IMG/VR virus record: IMGVR_UViG_3300047499_000113
Coordinates: 176,016 to 240,015 of that record
Direction: 5' to 3' (one strand)
Length of the DNA stretch: 64,000 bases
Each line of letters starts with the position of its first letter. Position 1 is the first letter of the stretch. The notes beneath the pieces are model-generated. The model worked only from the letters and a program-made list of their open reading frames with translations. It did no database searches and was not told where the DNA came from. A program made the translations under genes and the position numbers. Of the stretch, positions 48,547-57,949 are shown in pieces.

Positions 48547-49146
48547 ATGCCCGGCGAGCAGCAAGAAGGCCAGGTTGATGAAGCACAGCCCGCGGTTGAG
48601 GTCGCAGGAAAGGACCTCATCCTCCATCTCGGAGGCGGCGGAGGGAGCGATAGCACCCCACCGGATCCGAAGGCCCAGAGACTCAAGTCATGGGCGAACA
48701 TCATCGCAACGACGGCAGCGCTGGTCACGGCCGTTGGAGCACTCATCAGACCGCAAGACCAGACGGCGACGAAGAACGCGTACGAGCAGCTCAAGACGTC
48801 GATTGAACAGACCAATCAAAACGTGCAGAGCAATCACGACGATGTAGTCGCATTGCACAACTACTTGCAGGGGTACTTCGCTTCGAACGCACAGGTCTCT
48901 CTGCCGCCGCTCTCCGGCTCGAGCGGAGGTGGGTCGAGCGGGTTCAGCAGTGGCTCAGGCGGTCCTGCTCCTTCGACTTCGTCCACAGCCAGGAGACCAC
49001 CGCCGTACACCGCAGCGCCCACCACTACGGCGACGATGGCTTACGCGCCGTCACAGGCATCGCCAGCGTTCCCGCTGCCGCCCGTCGCGTCCAACGTCGC
49101 TCCGCCTCCCCTGCCGCCATTCGATTCAGTCGCGGCTAAGAAGTAG
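48547..49146 (+). CDS. Single-TM, coiled-coil, Pro/Ser-rich protein (possible lysis accessory)
   Basis: One hydrophobic helix; near the endolysin. Confidence 0.5.
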   Translation: MPGEQQEGQVDEAQPAVEVAGKDLILHLGGGGGSDSTPPDPKAQRLKSWANIIATTAALVTAVGALIRPQDQTATKNAYEQLKTSIEQTNQNVQSNHDDVVALHNYLQGYFASNAQVSLPPLSGSSGGGSSGFSSGSGGPAPSTSSTARRPPPYTAAPTTTATMAYAPSQASPAFPLPPVASNVAPPPLPPFDSVAAKK

Positions 49147-49713
49147 GTCCTGACCGCATCGGAGCGCGTGCACGATCTCGATGAGGCGTGGCCATGTGTG
49201 AATCCGCTTGAACCCACGTGACGTCCTGTTGTATGTCATATCCCACAGGAGTGCGTGGGACTTCGGGTGCCACTCTTCCCATTTCTGAATCGTCTTGGGA
49301 CGATCATCGACGAGAAGGTCGCCACGTACGTGGTGCTTCTTGAACGCATGCACAATGTCGTCGTGCGCCGCGGTGTAGAATCTGTGCAGCCACTCTTGGC
49401 GCTCACGCATCCATGTCGGATTGTGAGGATGAGGAGTCGTAACGAACACGACTTCACAAATCTGTTTCAGCTCGCGCACCGCTTCCACGGATCCGGGCTG
49501 GGGGAGGATCCGCGATGCGAAGCCAGGCTTGGCGATCGCAGCATTTAGAGCGTCCTTCATCTCCTGAGTCGGCAGGATGTCGGTCACGTCCCACGTGACG
49601 AAGTCCTCGAGCTTGAGGTTGAGGCCGAACATCTCATTCGCTACGTTCCGAGCCTCGGAATGGAAATCGCCCAGCGGTCCGTCAACATCGAGTAGGAGAA
49701 CTACGTCGCGCAT
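49126..49713 (-). CDS. HAD-family 5'(3')-deoxyribonucleotidase-like
   Basis: LDVDGPLGDF, VTTP, WL, LVDDRP, YN. Confidence 0.8.
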   Translation of the reverse strand: MRDVVLLLDVDGPLGDFHSEARNVANEMFGLNLKLEDFVTWDVTDILPTQEMKDALNAAIAKPGFASRILPQPGSVEAVRELKQICEVVFVTTPHPHNPTWMRERQEWLHRFYTAAHDDIVHAFKKHHVRGDLLVDDRPKTIQKWEEWHPKSHALLWDMTYNRTSRGFKRIHTWPRLIEIVHALRCGQDLLLSRD

Positions 49714-49735
49714 TTGACGAAAAGTACAGTCCTGT

Positions 49736-50845
49736 ATGACTACGCCCGCAGAAATTGGCTGGTCAGCCTATCAGAACTTCGAAGGTCCGTTCTACATCGG
49801 ATCTGTGCCGTATGTTCCGCCGGCGAATCCGGACTTCTTGGATTCGTGCATCAGCGTCGTGACGGCCACCGAAGGCGGGCACTACGATGCCATCAACATG
49901 TACGACTCGTGCATGCTTTCGGTCGGGATCATCCAGCTCTGCGGAAGACTCGGCGAACTAACGAACATGCTCGGAGCTTGTGCAGCGTACGACCTCGGAA
50001 CGATGAGGACAGCGTTCGCGCAGTTCCCAATTCCGGCCGATTTGAGACAAAACGGGGCCACGTGGCAGTTCTACATGCTCGACGGCCGCGGATTCGTAAC
50101 AACCGCGCAGCAGATGCAAACGCTCTGGCTCGGAGGGTCAACGGGCGCTCTTGGCGCATGGACGCCTACGCAAAAAGCGCAGGCCCGCCAAGTCGCAGCC
50201 ACGATGGCAAGCATCTGGACGAGCCCGGGGCTGCAGACGGGGCAGCGCGAGTTCATCAAGCCGAGTCTCATGACTTACGTGATGCCTCGAGCTAAGGCAA
50301 CTCTGTTCTCAAACCCCGACCAAACCGGATATGCGGGTGCGCTCAAGGCGGCTTTCATTTCATACGCGGCGAATCTGCCCGCGGTTGCGGACAAATACCT
50401 GGCCCTTGCTGCCGCAGACCCGACTTGGACTACGGCGTCTGACCAAGACAAATTCATGATGGCGATGGAGAAGATAGTCCCGGGGCCCGGCATCGCCATA
50501 TGGCCAGAGCGATACGCAACCATTCAGCCCGTGCTCGAGAAGCTATTCGGAGTGAGCCTGCCCACCCTGCAAGAAGTTTTGCAGGGTCACCCGAATCCTC
50601 CGCCGCACCCGAACGGTTTGCTGCTCACGACGACGAAGAGTATCCAGGAGTTCCTCATCGCGCATGGGTATGACTGCGGTCCGACCGGCGCCGATGGGCT
50701 TTGGGGTCCGCGCACAGAAGCTGCAGTCAAGAAGTTCCAACAGGATCACAAACTCACGATAGATGGCGTCGTCGACGCACCAACACGTGCAGCGATGCTA
50801 GCTATCTTGAACAGCCCGGGCGGTCCCACCGGGGCCCAGCCCTGA
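49736..50845 (+). CDS. Putative endolysin with C-terminal peptidoglycan-binding domain
   Basis: 'DGLWGPRTEAAVKKFQ...IDGVV' PG-binding motif; N-terminal 'TEGGHYDAINMYD...VGIIQ'. Confidence 0.7.
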   Translation: MTTPAEIGWSAYQNFEGPFYIGSVPYVPPANPDFLDSCISVVTATEGGHYDAINMYDSCMLSVGIIQLCGRLGELTNMLGACAAYDLGTMRTAFAQFPIPADLRQNGATWQFYMLDGRGFVTTAQQMQTLWLGGSTGALGAWTPTQKAQARQVAATMASIWTSPGLQTGQREFIKPSLMTYVMPRAKATLFSNPDQTGYAGALKAAFISYAANLPAVADKYLALAAADPTWTTASDQDKFMMAMEKIVPGPGIAIWPERYATIQPVLEKLFGVSLPTLQEVLQGHPNPPPHPNGLLLTTTKSIQEFLIAHGYDCGPTGADGLWGPRTEAAVKKFQQDHKLTIDGVVDAPTRAAMLAILNSPGGPTGAQP

Positions 50846-51283
50846 TCCGTAGACCTCTCCGAGGTACTCCATGGCCTGCTCGTACTCGAGCACGCGCTTG
50901 GGATCAAGCCTGCGCAGGTAGCGACGAAAGAGTGTCATCTCCCACGCTTCTCGGAGCGCTTCCTCATTGAGTTGCTTCTCGGCGATCTTGCCGAACTCAT
51001 CGGATAGCGCACGCCCAGCACACTCAGACACAAAATCGACAGCGGGTTTGATGTCATGGTACTCGCTGGGTCGATGCGTCTGGAGTTTCTTGTCGAGCGT
51101 ATCACCGATGTCCTGGACTGGCATGCCAGGTAGAATGTCGGCCGTCAGCCGCAGTCCCATCTTGAACATCACATCCACGATGTAATGCGGACCGGTGGGG
51201 CTCTTGACGATCTTCAGGTAGCGCAGTCCAAAGAGCCCGTCCTGCACGTTCAGGATAGGCTGGATGACGGGCGGCTGGGTCAT
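50798..51283 (-). CDS. Hypothetical protein ending VQDS
   Basis: Start MTQPP via ATGA overlap. Confidence 0.55.
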   Translation of the reverse strand: MTQPPVIQPILNVQDGLFGLRYLKIVKSPTGPHYIVDVMFKMGLRLTADILPGMPVQDIGDTLDKKLQTHRPSEYHDIKPAVDFVSECAGRALSDEFGKIAEKQLNEEALREAWEMTLFRRYLRRLDPKRVLEYEQAMEYLGEVYGSGLGPGGTARAVQDS

Positions 51284-51507
51284 GACTCCATAATACGCTT
51301 GACGACCTCGAGGTCGCAAGACAGGTAGCCGAATGACTCGTCGTTGTCGACTGTCTCTTCGTGAACGATGCGACCGTCGTAGCGCTTGCGGATAGTCTTC
51401 TTCTCGTCGAGCTTGAAGACACCACACCTTTTGCACTTGTACGTGAAGCTGATGCCGCGTTCTTCAGTTCCCCACTCGCCGTACTTTTCCCACTCGTGCT
51501 CGGTCAC
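51280..51507 (-). CDS. Small HxW-CxxC protein ending IMES
   Basis: MTEHEW...CKRCG...CDLEVVKRIMES. Confidence 0.7.
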   Translation of the reverse strand: MTEHEWEKYGEWGTEERGISFTYKCKRCGVFKLDEKKTIRKRYDGRIVHEETVDNDESFGYLSCDLEVVKRIMES

Positions 51508-51923
51508 GATTCCATGATCGGTTCGACCACGTAGTGCTCCTGGAGCACGAGCGTGGCTTGCTCGAGGGTCAGCCGGTTGGTGATGCCGTACGCGCGCAGA
51601 GCCGCGGAGAACGCCTTGCGTTTCCAGAGCAGCTCGAATTCGGCGATGTGCTTGTCGAGATCCTGGATGTGCCAGTCCAATGCACCGTCCTTGCCGACGC
51701 TCTCGACGAGGCTATGGGCCACCTCGTCGAGAATCCTCTGCCTGTTGCCTTGTGGCTTCGGAGACCACTGGAACTGGTCCGGCTTCTCGTAGCCGTAGAG
51801 ATCCACGGTGAAGTTGGTCTCGGTGTTGTCAGACGACATCACCTTGACTTTGAGCACCTTGGCTACGCTCTTGGCGGTCGGGTGGCGCTCGAGTGATACG
51901 TCAGCGACGTGGTAGGTGCGCAC
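51504..51923 (-). CDS. Hypothetical protein ending IMES
   Basis: 139 aa ending VVEPIMES. Confidence 0.65.
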   Translation of the reverse strand: MRTYHVADVSLERHPTAKSVAKVLKVKVMSSDNTETNFTVDLYGYEKPDQFQWSPKPQGNRQRILDEVAHSLVESVGKDGALDWHIQDLDKHIAEFELLWKRKAFSAALRAYGITNRLTLEQATLVLQEHYVVEPIMES

Positions 51924-51974
51924 AACGAATAATACAGGAATCGAGGCGAAATTTCCGTTGTAGGGTTCTCCCCT

Positions 51975-52187
51975 ATGGGCCTCGAAGACATCCGCAGTCA
52001 GTTGCAGCAGTTGAGCGACACGGATCTCATTACCCTTCTGAATGACGTCTCCGACGAAGTAAAGCGCCGGAACACCATCATGAAGGGGATATTGGGAGAC
52101 CAGGGGCCGGAAGTCCGAAAAGAGACAGTTCAGCAGGGTTTGCGAACCATCTTCGATGCGCTGAGCGGCGGGAAGACGAAAGGCTGA
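51975..52187 (+). CDS. Hypothetical protein
   Basis: 70 aa helical ORF. Confidence 0.6.
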   Translation: MGLEDIRSQLQQLSDTDLITLLNDVSDEVKRRNTIMKGILGDQGPEVRKETVQQGLRTIFDALSGGKTKG

Positions 52188-52288
52188 CGCGTCGTCGTCA
52201 CGAAACCTTCACGCAACGCGTTCGAAGCGCCCCAGCCAAACCTATCAAAAAGCGACCGTAAAACGCGGTTGCGCTCTTTTCGACACTC

Positions 52289-52561
52289 ATGTTTGAGATA
52301 ATGACACACATCTTGTGGAGCCCAGAGGAGGGCGTCTGCAGTCAGTGCGGGGTCCCTCACACGCACGTCCGCAGATGTACCAGCGGCAACTCGCAGACCA
52401 AGTTCTGCAAAGGCTGTTGGCGAGATTTCGTCAACGAGTGTAACGTCGCCCCAGGACAGTGGAAGGACGACGTCGCCAAGGATTGGTGCTCCAACGTCGA
52501 CCTCAGACTGGTATTTGAGGGAGACGATGGAACCACACAAGTCGCTCGATTCCTCAATTGA
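52289..52561 (+). CDS. Small Zn-finger protein
   Basis: CSQC...CKGC. Confidence 0.5.
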   Translation: MFEIMTHILWSPEEGVCSQCGVPHTHVRRCTSGNSQTKFCKGCWRDFVNECNVAPGQWKDDVAKDWCSNVDLRLVFEGDDGTTQVARFLN

Positions 52562-53213
52562 GGCGTTTCGCCCGTCACTCGACGACCCGAAAGTCTACTT
52601 CCAAAAGGCACTCGGTTTCGCCCGCACGCACTACGCGGACGAAATGGAACAAATCGCGTCGGTCAAACACGAACTAGTTGACCCAACGCATTTCTTCCGC
52701 GAGTACACGTGGGTTGTACACGCCACGGGGTTCTCGGCCAAGGCAGTAGGCAAGTTCATGCCTCGTTTGGTCGAGGCTTACGGCCCATACAACGAGCTTG
52801 CCGAGCGGAGTCTCGAGGATGCCATCGGGCGCGTCAAGGTGGTATGCAACAATCCGCAGAAAATAAAGGCAGTACATACTACATCCCGCCTACTTCGCGA
52901 TGGCATCAAAGTCCACGGATGGGACGAGTTCAAGAAGCAGAAGCTCTCGACTCCCGACCTGCTCAAGAAGCTGCCCTATGTTGGTCCGGTGACGTGCTTC
53001 CATCTCGCACGCAACATCGGGCTCCTCGACTGCGTGAAGCCCGACCTGCACCTCATTCGGCTCGCTGAGCATTGGAAATTCAAGGACTGCACAGCGATGT
53101 GCAAGGCCATGGGCGAAGGATCGGGACTGCCGCTGGGCATCGTCGACCTGGTGGTATGGTACGCCGCGTCCACCTTCGGAACTCTTGAGGTGCGCAAGGA
53201 AGGGCAGCGCTAA
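52527..53213 (+). CDS. HhH-GPD superfamily DNA glycosylase-like
   Basis: HhH 'LKKLPYVGPVT' followed by 'VKPDLHLIR'. Confidence 0.7.
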   Translation: MEPHKSLDSSIEAFRPSLDDPKVYFQKALGFARTHYADEMEQIASVKHELVDPTHFFREYTWVVHATGFSAKAVGKFMPRLVEAYGPYNELAERSLEDAIGRVKVVCNNPQKIKAVHTTSRLLRDGIKVHGWDEFKKQKLSTPDLLKKLPYVGPVTCFHLARNIGLLDCVKPDLHLIRLAEHWKFKDCTAMCKAMGEGSGLPLGIVDLVVWYAASTFGTLEVRKEGQR

Positions 53214-54157
53214 TGCACTACATCGTTTGCATCAGTGGATTCGCAGGGGCGGGCAAAGACGAATGCGCGAGCCAGCTCGTCAGAGGGCATTCTGCAGTGC
53301 AAACGGGTCTTGCGGATCCGGGCAAACGCCACATGGCCGATGCTTACGGATTTACCGAGAAACAGCTTTTCGGACCGAGCCAGTTCCGTAACGCCGGCGA
53401 CGTGCGCATCCCGAAGAATGCCTTCTATGAGCGTGGCCTCGAGCACGTCCTCGAGTTCCCGGATGGAATGGTCGACGCCGCCGATGATAAGTACAAGCTG
53501 GACACGAGCCAGAAGTATTGGGTCTATACGAACGTGATGTTCGACGGCAAAAGGCCCTGGCATCGCGCGGGCAGCGGCCACTACAACATTTTCGTCCGCG
53601 AAGGGGACCCGGAGTTCTGGCTCTCCCCTCGAGAAGCGCTGCAGCAGTATCTCGAGAAGATGAATCAGCTCGACGTCTACACCTGGATCCGCAAGGGCAT
53701 CGAGGACCAGCTGCTCCTCGCAACGGGCCGTTGGAGCTACAACCGCATGCGCGGCCTCATCCGTGCAGACGACCCGGAAGCTGACTCTCGCACCATGATA
53801 GATAGGTCGAGTCAGCACACGGTCACCTGCTTCGCCGACTTCAGACACATCCCCGAAGTGCAGTATATTCGGGATCTCGCTGATCGGAGCCTCGTGCCCT
53901 TCAAGCCGGTGCTCATCCGAGTAAAGCGACCGAGCGTGCCTGTGCCGCCCTATAATCATAGGTCGGAGACCGAACAGGTCAAAATCCGCGACGCAGCGTT
54001 CGATGCCGTCGTTCACAACGACAAAGACCTTCCTCACTTGTATGCTCAGGTTGACGACGTAGTGCGCCGAGCAATGGCAGGAGACCTGCCGCCCAACTCA
54101 TGGCGCGAAGAGTACGTCATCGCCGACCGCAAGCCGGAGGAAGGGTACGCACCGTGA
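53213..54157 (+). CDS. Deoxynucleoside monophosphate kinase (phage type)
   Basis: GFAGAGKD, LADPGK, PREALQ, DFRH..E, HRSE. Confidence 0.8.
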   Translation: MHYIVCISGFAGAGKDECASQLVRGHSAVQTGLADPGKRHMADAYGFTEKQLFGPSQFRNAGDVRIPKNAFYERGLEHVLEFPDGMVDAADDKYKLDTSQKYWVYTNVMFDGKRPWHRAGSGHYNIFVREGDPEFWLSPREALQQYLEKMNQLDVYTWIRKGIEDQLLLATGRWSYNRMRGLIRADDPEADSRTMIDRSSQHTVTCFADFRHIPEVQYIRDLADRSLVPFKPVLIRVKRPSVPVPPYNHRSETEQVKIRDAAFDAVVHNDKDLPHLYAQVDDVVRRAMAGDLPPNSWREEYVIADRKPEEGYAP

Positions 54158-55134
54158 CCGACGCGAAATTCTGCAAGAACCGCCTGATGCACGTCACCGA
54201 CGTGTATTTCCACGAGTCGTGCCCGGACGGAACGGCTGCGGCTCTCATCTGTGCAGCGGCTTTTCAGTCCATCGGTATGAGGCCGAGGTTCTATCCGTTG
54301 CAGTACAACACGGATCTCATGCGCAAGCTCGAGCCACGTACCGGACAGCTCTTCGTCGACATCACACCTCCCAAGGAGAGATGGGAGGAATGGAAGCAAG
54401 TCCAGCCCATCGTTCTCGATCACCACGAGACCGTGGAGGTCGTGACCAAGGGACTCGATGGCGTATACGAGACGAACGATGCGCACTCAGGAGCCAAGAT
54501 CGCGTACGAGCAAGTCTTCCAAGTGCTCGTGCCAGAGGGCGACGACCCGATCTTGCGCGACTGGCGCGGGTTGAGCGAGCTGGCCATGATTCGCGACACG
54601 TGGAAGAAGACGCACTCGGCGTGGCGTGACGCATGCGCACTCGCCATGGCACTTCTCTTCGAAGGGTCGCGGGGTCTCGTCGACAAGGCGCAGGAAAAGG
54701 GCATTCAGGCTCTCGACCTGACGCACCTGCTGACTCTCGGGACCAAGCTCGTCGAGAGCAACGACAGGCGGGTCAAGAAGCTCGCTGAGAGTGCGTATCG
54801 CGAGACCTACAACTTCGACAGGGAGTATAAGGCGGCGTATTTCAACTGCACCGAGAAGATCGTCTCGGACGTTGCGAACTTCATGATCGACAACGGGTGC
54901 AACATCGCTGTCGGTTATTTCTATCTGTTCGAGGATGGTGCCACGAGGTGCCAGGTGTCCCTGCGAACAGACGGCACGCTCTCAGCACGCAAAATTGCCG
55001 AACGATTCCCTGGAGGCGGAGGGCACGAGCGGGCAGCCGGTTTCCGTCTACCCGAAGGAGATCAGACCTCGCCGTACAAGCTCTACTCCGTCGTCTCCGA
55101 GACCATCGTGGAAATGCTCACGAGCCAGGCGTAA
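54154..55134 (+). CDS. DHH/DHHA1 phosphoesterase
   Basis: FH..CPDG, VD, LDHHET, SGA, SLR, GGGGHERAAGF. Confidence 0.85.
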   Translation: MTDAKFCKNRLMHVTDVYFHESCPDGTAAALICAAAFQSIGMRPRFYPLQYNTDLMRKLEPRTGQLFVDITPPKERWEEWKQVQPIVLDHHETVEVVTKGLDGVYETNDAHSGAKIAYEQVFQVLVPEGDDPILRDWRGLSELAMIRDTWKKTHSAWRDACALAMALLFEGSRGLVDKAQEKGIQALDLTHLLTLGTKLVESNDRRVKKLAESAYRETYNFDREYKAAYFNCTEKIVSDVANFMIDNGCNIAVGYFYLFEDGATRCQVSLRTDGTLSARKIAERFPGGGGHERAAGFRLPEGDQTSPYKLYSVVSETIVEMLTSQA

Positions 55135-55627
55135 AAAGCGCCATGAGCCTCGACACGCGCTCGTCGAAAGAAGGCGACGAGCTGGGCATCTGGATTACTG
55201 GCATGGTCGTAGGACTACCGCGCCAAGGTCGTAGGACACCCGAACGACATGGTGGCACTGCCGTCTTGGAGATTCTGGACCCCGAAACGGGACAACCCCA
55301 CCCGAAGTGGAGCGGCTGGAAGCTCAAGGGCGAAGACTATATCGCCCGTGGGCCATGGGCCGAGCATGGCGCAGAGGGCTGACGGGCTCTCTGTTGGTCA
55401 TCAGTTCTTCGTCACGCTCCTTTACGACAAGGACGGGTACTACACGTCTGTCGTCGGGCTGTGCAAGGATTCGGTGGTTTGCAAAGCCTACGCAAGGACG
55501 CAGAAAGTGCCGGGACTTGTTGCGTGCTCCCTCATCTTCGAAGGGAAGTGGAACGGGCAGACGCCTGATGTGAGCCCACCCGAAGACATGAAGGCCGCGC
55601 TCGCTCCGCTCGAGAAAGGAAGAGACG

Positions 55628-56113
55628 ATGACTAATGCTGATGAAGACGACGAGGCCCGACTGCCGTACGAGCGCGATGTGCTCAAGGTCCGGGTCGTAG
55701 CGCATGAGGGCATGATCGTCATCGTGCCTTTCGAGCCCGAGAAGGACATCAAGCACCAGTGGTGGCCGACCGGAGGCAAAAACGGCAACAACCTCGGGTG
55801 CGTCATCGGCGACAGCAAGAAGATGCTCGGATGCTCGCGTGAGGCACTCGATCTAATGCGTCGTGTGAAAAAGAATCACGACGCCGTAGGGGATCTCGGA
55901 TGGTGGCGCTGCAACGACGGGCAGTACGCATTCTCGTGGTGGGGACCGATCTTCCGCATCGTGGATCCGGCCCATTCGGAGGCCGACCGCGACTTCCACG
56001 TGCATGAAGACCAGTGCACGATCATCCCGAACGACGTTCCGGAAGAGGCCAAGAAAGCCATCGCGGCGACGGCCACGGCCAAGAAGAAGGCCGTTTCCTG
56101 GAAACAAGCCTGA
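55628..56113 (+). CDS. Hypothetical protein
   Basis: 161 aa with ribosome-binding site. Confidence 0.6.
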   Translation: MTNADEDDEARLPYERDVLKVRVVAHEGMIVIVPFEPEKDIKHQWWPTGGKNGNNLGCVIGDSKKMLGCSREALDLMRRVKKNHDAVGDLGWWRCNDGQYAFSWWGPIFRIVDPAHSEADRDFHVHEDQCTIIPNDVPEEAKKAIAATATAKKKAVSWKQA

Positions 56114-56149
56114 CTCACTCGAGTGGGACGGCCCCTAGTAAGGTAGGGC

Positions 56150-56581
56150 ATGACATGCCCTGCAGGACCGCTTCCGTCAAACGAGTGGACAGTCTGGCTC
56201 GGCCCCGTGCCGTCGCAGCTTACGCAGTTTGCTGTGAAGGACTTGGCGCAGGAAGCGCAAGAGCCGTATGGCTACGAGTGGACGACCACATACGACGGCC
56301 AACAAGTCATGGCCATCAAGCAGCACCACACGTGGACTTACCACAACGGGAAGCTAGTCACCGGAATCTGCATTCCGGGCATTACGCTCTACAGGCCCAA
56401 GAAAGTCGGAGTCGAGGAGACTCCTGTTGACCTTGGAGTACCAAACAACGACGTCGCGTGGTTTGATGAGGGCCCTGGCGTGAGCTGGACGTCTGTTGCC
56501 TGGACGGCCGCAGCTGCAGCGATTGTCATTGCGCTCTTCTTCCTTGCGATCCGTAAAATGGGAAAGAAGCCCGTAAAGTAG
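56150..56581 (+). CDS. Hypothetical protein with C-terminal membrane anchor
   Basis: Hydrophobic helix followed by a basic tail. Confidence 0.6.
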   Translation: MTCPAGPLPSNEWTVWLGPVPSQLTQFAVKDLAQEAQEPYGYEWTTTYDGQQVMAIKQHHTWTYHNGKLVTGICIPGITLYRPKKVGVEETPVDLGVPNNDVAWFDEGPGVSWTSVAWTAAAAAIVIALFFLAIRKMGKKPVK

Positions 56582-56607
56582 CGCGCAAGTAGCGTACGCA
56601 AGATCGC

Positions 56608-57138
56608 ATGCAGCCAGTCCGTATTTCATCCAAAGTGAAGCGGGGCCACGTCCAGTTCTACACAGACAAGAATGGGAACGGCGCCCGTCGCTATTGGATC
56701 AATGACACGATTCTCTGCGGCGGGTCCATCCTCAATCACCAAGACTACCAGCATCTGCGCACGAATCTCGGCGTCACGGGCGTGATGAACTTCTGCAACA
56801 CGACCAAGGACCCGGACGGCATCGAACACTACATCCATCTGCCGTTCCCTGACACCGGCGCGGCGATCCCGCACAGCCTCATCCATACCGCACTCGCATT
56901 CGCAAAGCGACACATCGAGCGCGTCGGACCGGTGCTGTATGTGCACTGCGCTCTAGGCGGATCTCGGGGACCCTCCATGTCCTACGCGGTCTGCAGAGGG
57001 GTCCTGGGTATGGAGCCACAGGAAATCTTCGATGCTATCGCTGCCGGCCACCCGCTCTACCTTCAGTGGAAGGAGACGGGCAACCCAAAGCAGTATCTCA
57101 AGGACATCGAAGAGGCGTTGCTCACCTGGGTTGGATGA
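56608..57138 (+). CDS. Dual-specificity protein phosphatase-like
   Basis: HCALGGSRG (CX5R) and FPD acid loop. Confidence 0.85.
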   Translation: MQPVRISSKVKRGHVQFYTDKNGNGARRYWINDTILCGGSILNHQDYQHLRTNLGVTGVMNFCNTTKDPDGIEHYIHLPFPDTGAAIPHSLIHTALAFAKRHIERVGPVLYVHCALGGSRGPSMSYAVCRGVLGMEPQEIFDAIAAGHPLYLQWKETGNPKQYLKDIEEALLTWVG

Positions 57139-57198
57139 CGCCCATGCTCCACCACTCGTTGGAGTCTGTTAGTACGAGCGTCATCAAGTCGCAATTCC

Positions 57199-57456
57199 CT
57201 ATCGGGAATCCTGCGGAAACTGAAAATACTCCTTCATGGGCAGGTTCCCGCGAAGGACGTAGTAAAGCACCGCCTGCATGAAGGCTCCGTGCGTGAATAT
57301 GATGATGTCTTGCGCGAAATGCGAACGCGCGCGTTGCAAACAGGAAAGCACCCGAGCCCTGAACGCGGCGAATGACTCTGCGTCCGGCCGCCTGGCTCTC
57401 TCGGAGATCAAGGACACGCTGGCCGCGCAGAGCCAGAACGGGCCCGCGGGCCGCAA
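57199..57456 (-). pseudogene. Histidine phosphatase (PGM family) C-terminal fragment
   Basis: 'ESFAAFRARV...IIIFTHG' present; N-terminal RHG motif absent. Confidence 0.5.
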
Positions 57457-57486
57457 GAGCTGACCAGCAGTCAGGGTCGCATCAGG

Positions 57487-57527
57487 CGGGCGGCCTCCTT
57501 CACGGGAGTGCCGCCCGTTTGTTTATT
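57487..57527 (+). terminator. Intrinsic terminator-like hairpin
   Basis: CGGGCGGC-CTCC-loop-GGAG-T-GCCGCCCG followed by TTTGTTTATT. Confidence 0.7.
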
Positions 57528-57922
57528 CAGCTCGTCATGATGTCGTCGATGCTTTTGGCGACGTGGTCAGCGATGACGATGGAGCAGTCGGTGTGGCGGA
57601 GGTGGTCGCGCCAATCGTTGAAGACCTTGAACACCCACTCGAAGTCGGCATCTTGAGGGGCCTCGTAGAGGAGCTGGCCGTCCATCTTGTCGATGTTCGT
57701 GATCCGGTCGTGCTCCAGGACCTCGAAGCACATCCGCGACAGGCGGTGGACCTTCACGAGGTCCTGAGCTTCGGGCTTCTCTCGCCGGACGAGCGACTTG
57801 ATGCTCGAGCGAAGAAACTCGACCAGAGGATAGGTCTGGTGAGGCCGCAGCTGCACGTCCAGCAGGCCGTGGTGCAGACTGTATTCGACGCCGCAGACTC
57901 CGCCCTTCACATCTACCATCAA
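57527..57922 (-). CDS. Hypothetical protein ending IMTS
   Basis: 131 aa. Confidence 0.6.
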   Translation of the reverse strand: MMVDVKGGVCGVEYSLHHGLLDVQLRPHQTYPLVEFLRSSIKSLVRREKPEAQDLVKVHRLSRMCFEVLEHDRITNIDKMDGQLLYEAPQDADFEWVFKVFNDWRDHLRHTDCSIVIADHVAKSIDDIMTS

Positions 57923-57949
57923 CCCTGCCTACAATGTACCCCGTATAAT

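Noticed and set aside
57456-57527. Hammerhead ribozyme on the minus strand (CTGATG plus hairpins)
   Set aside because: The core CUGANGA...GAAA is not complete; a terminator explains the main hairpin.
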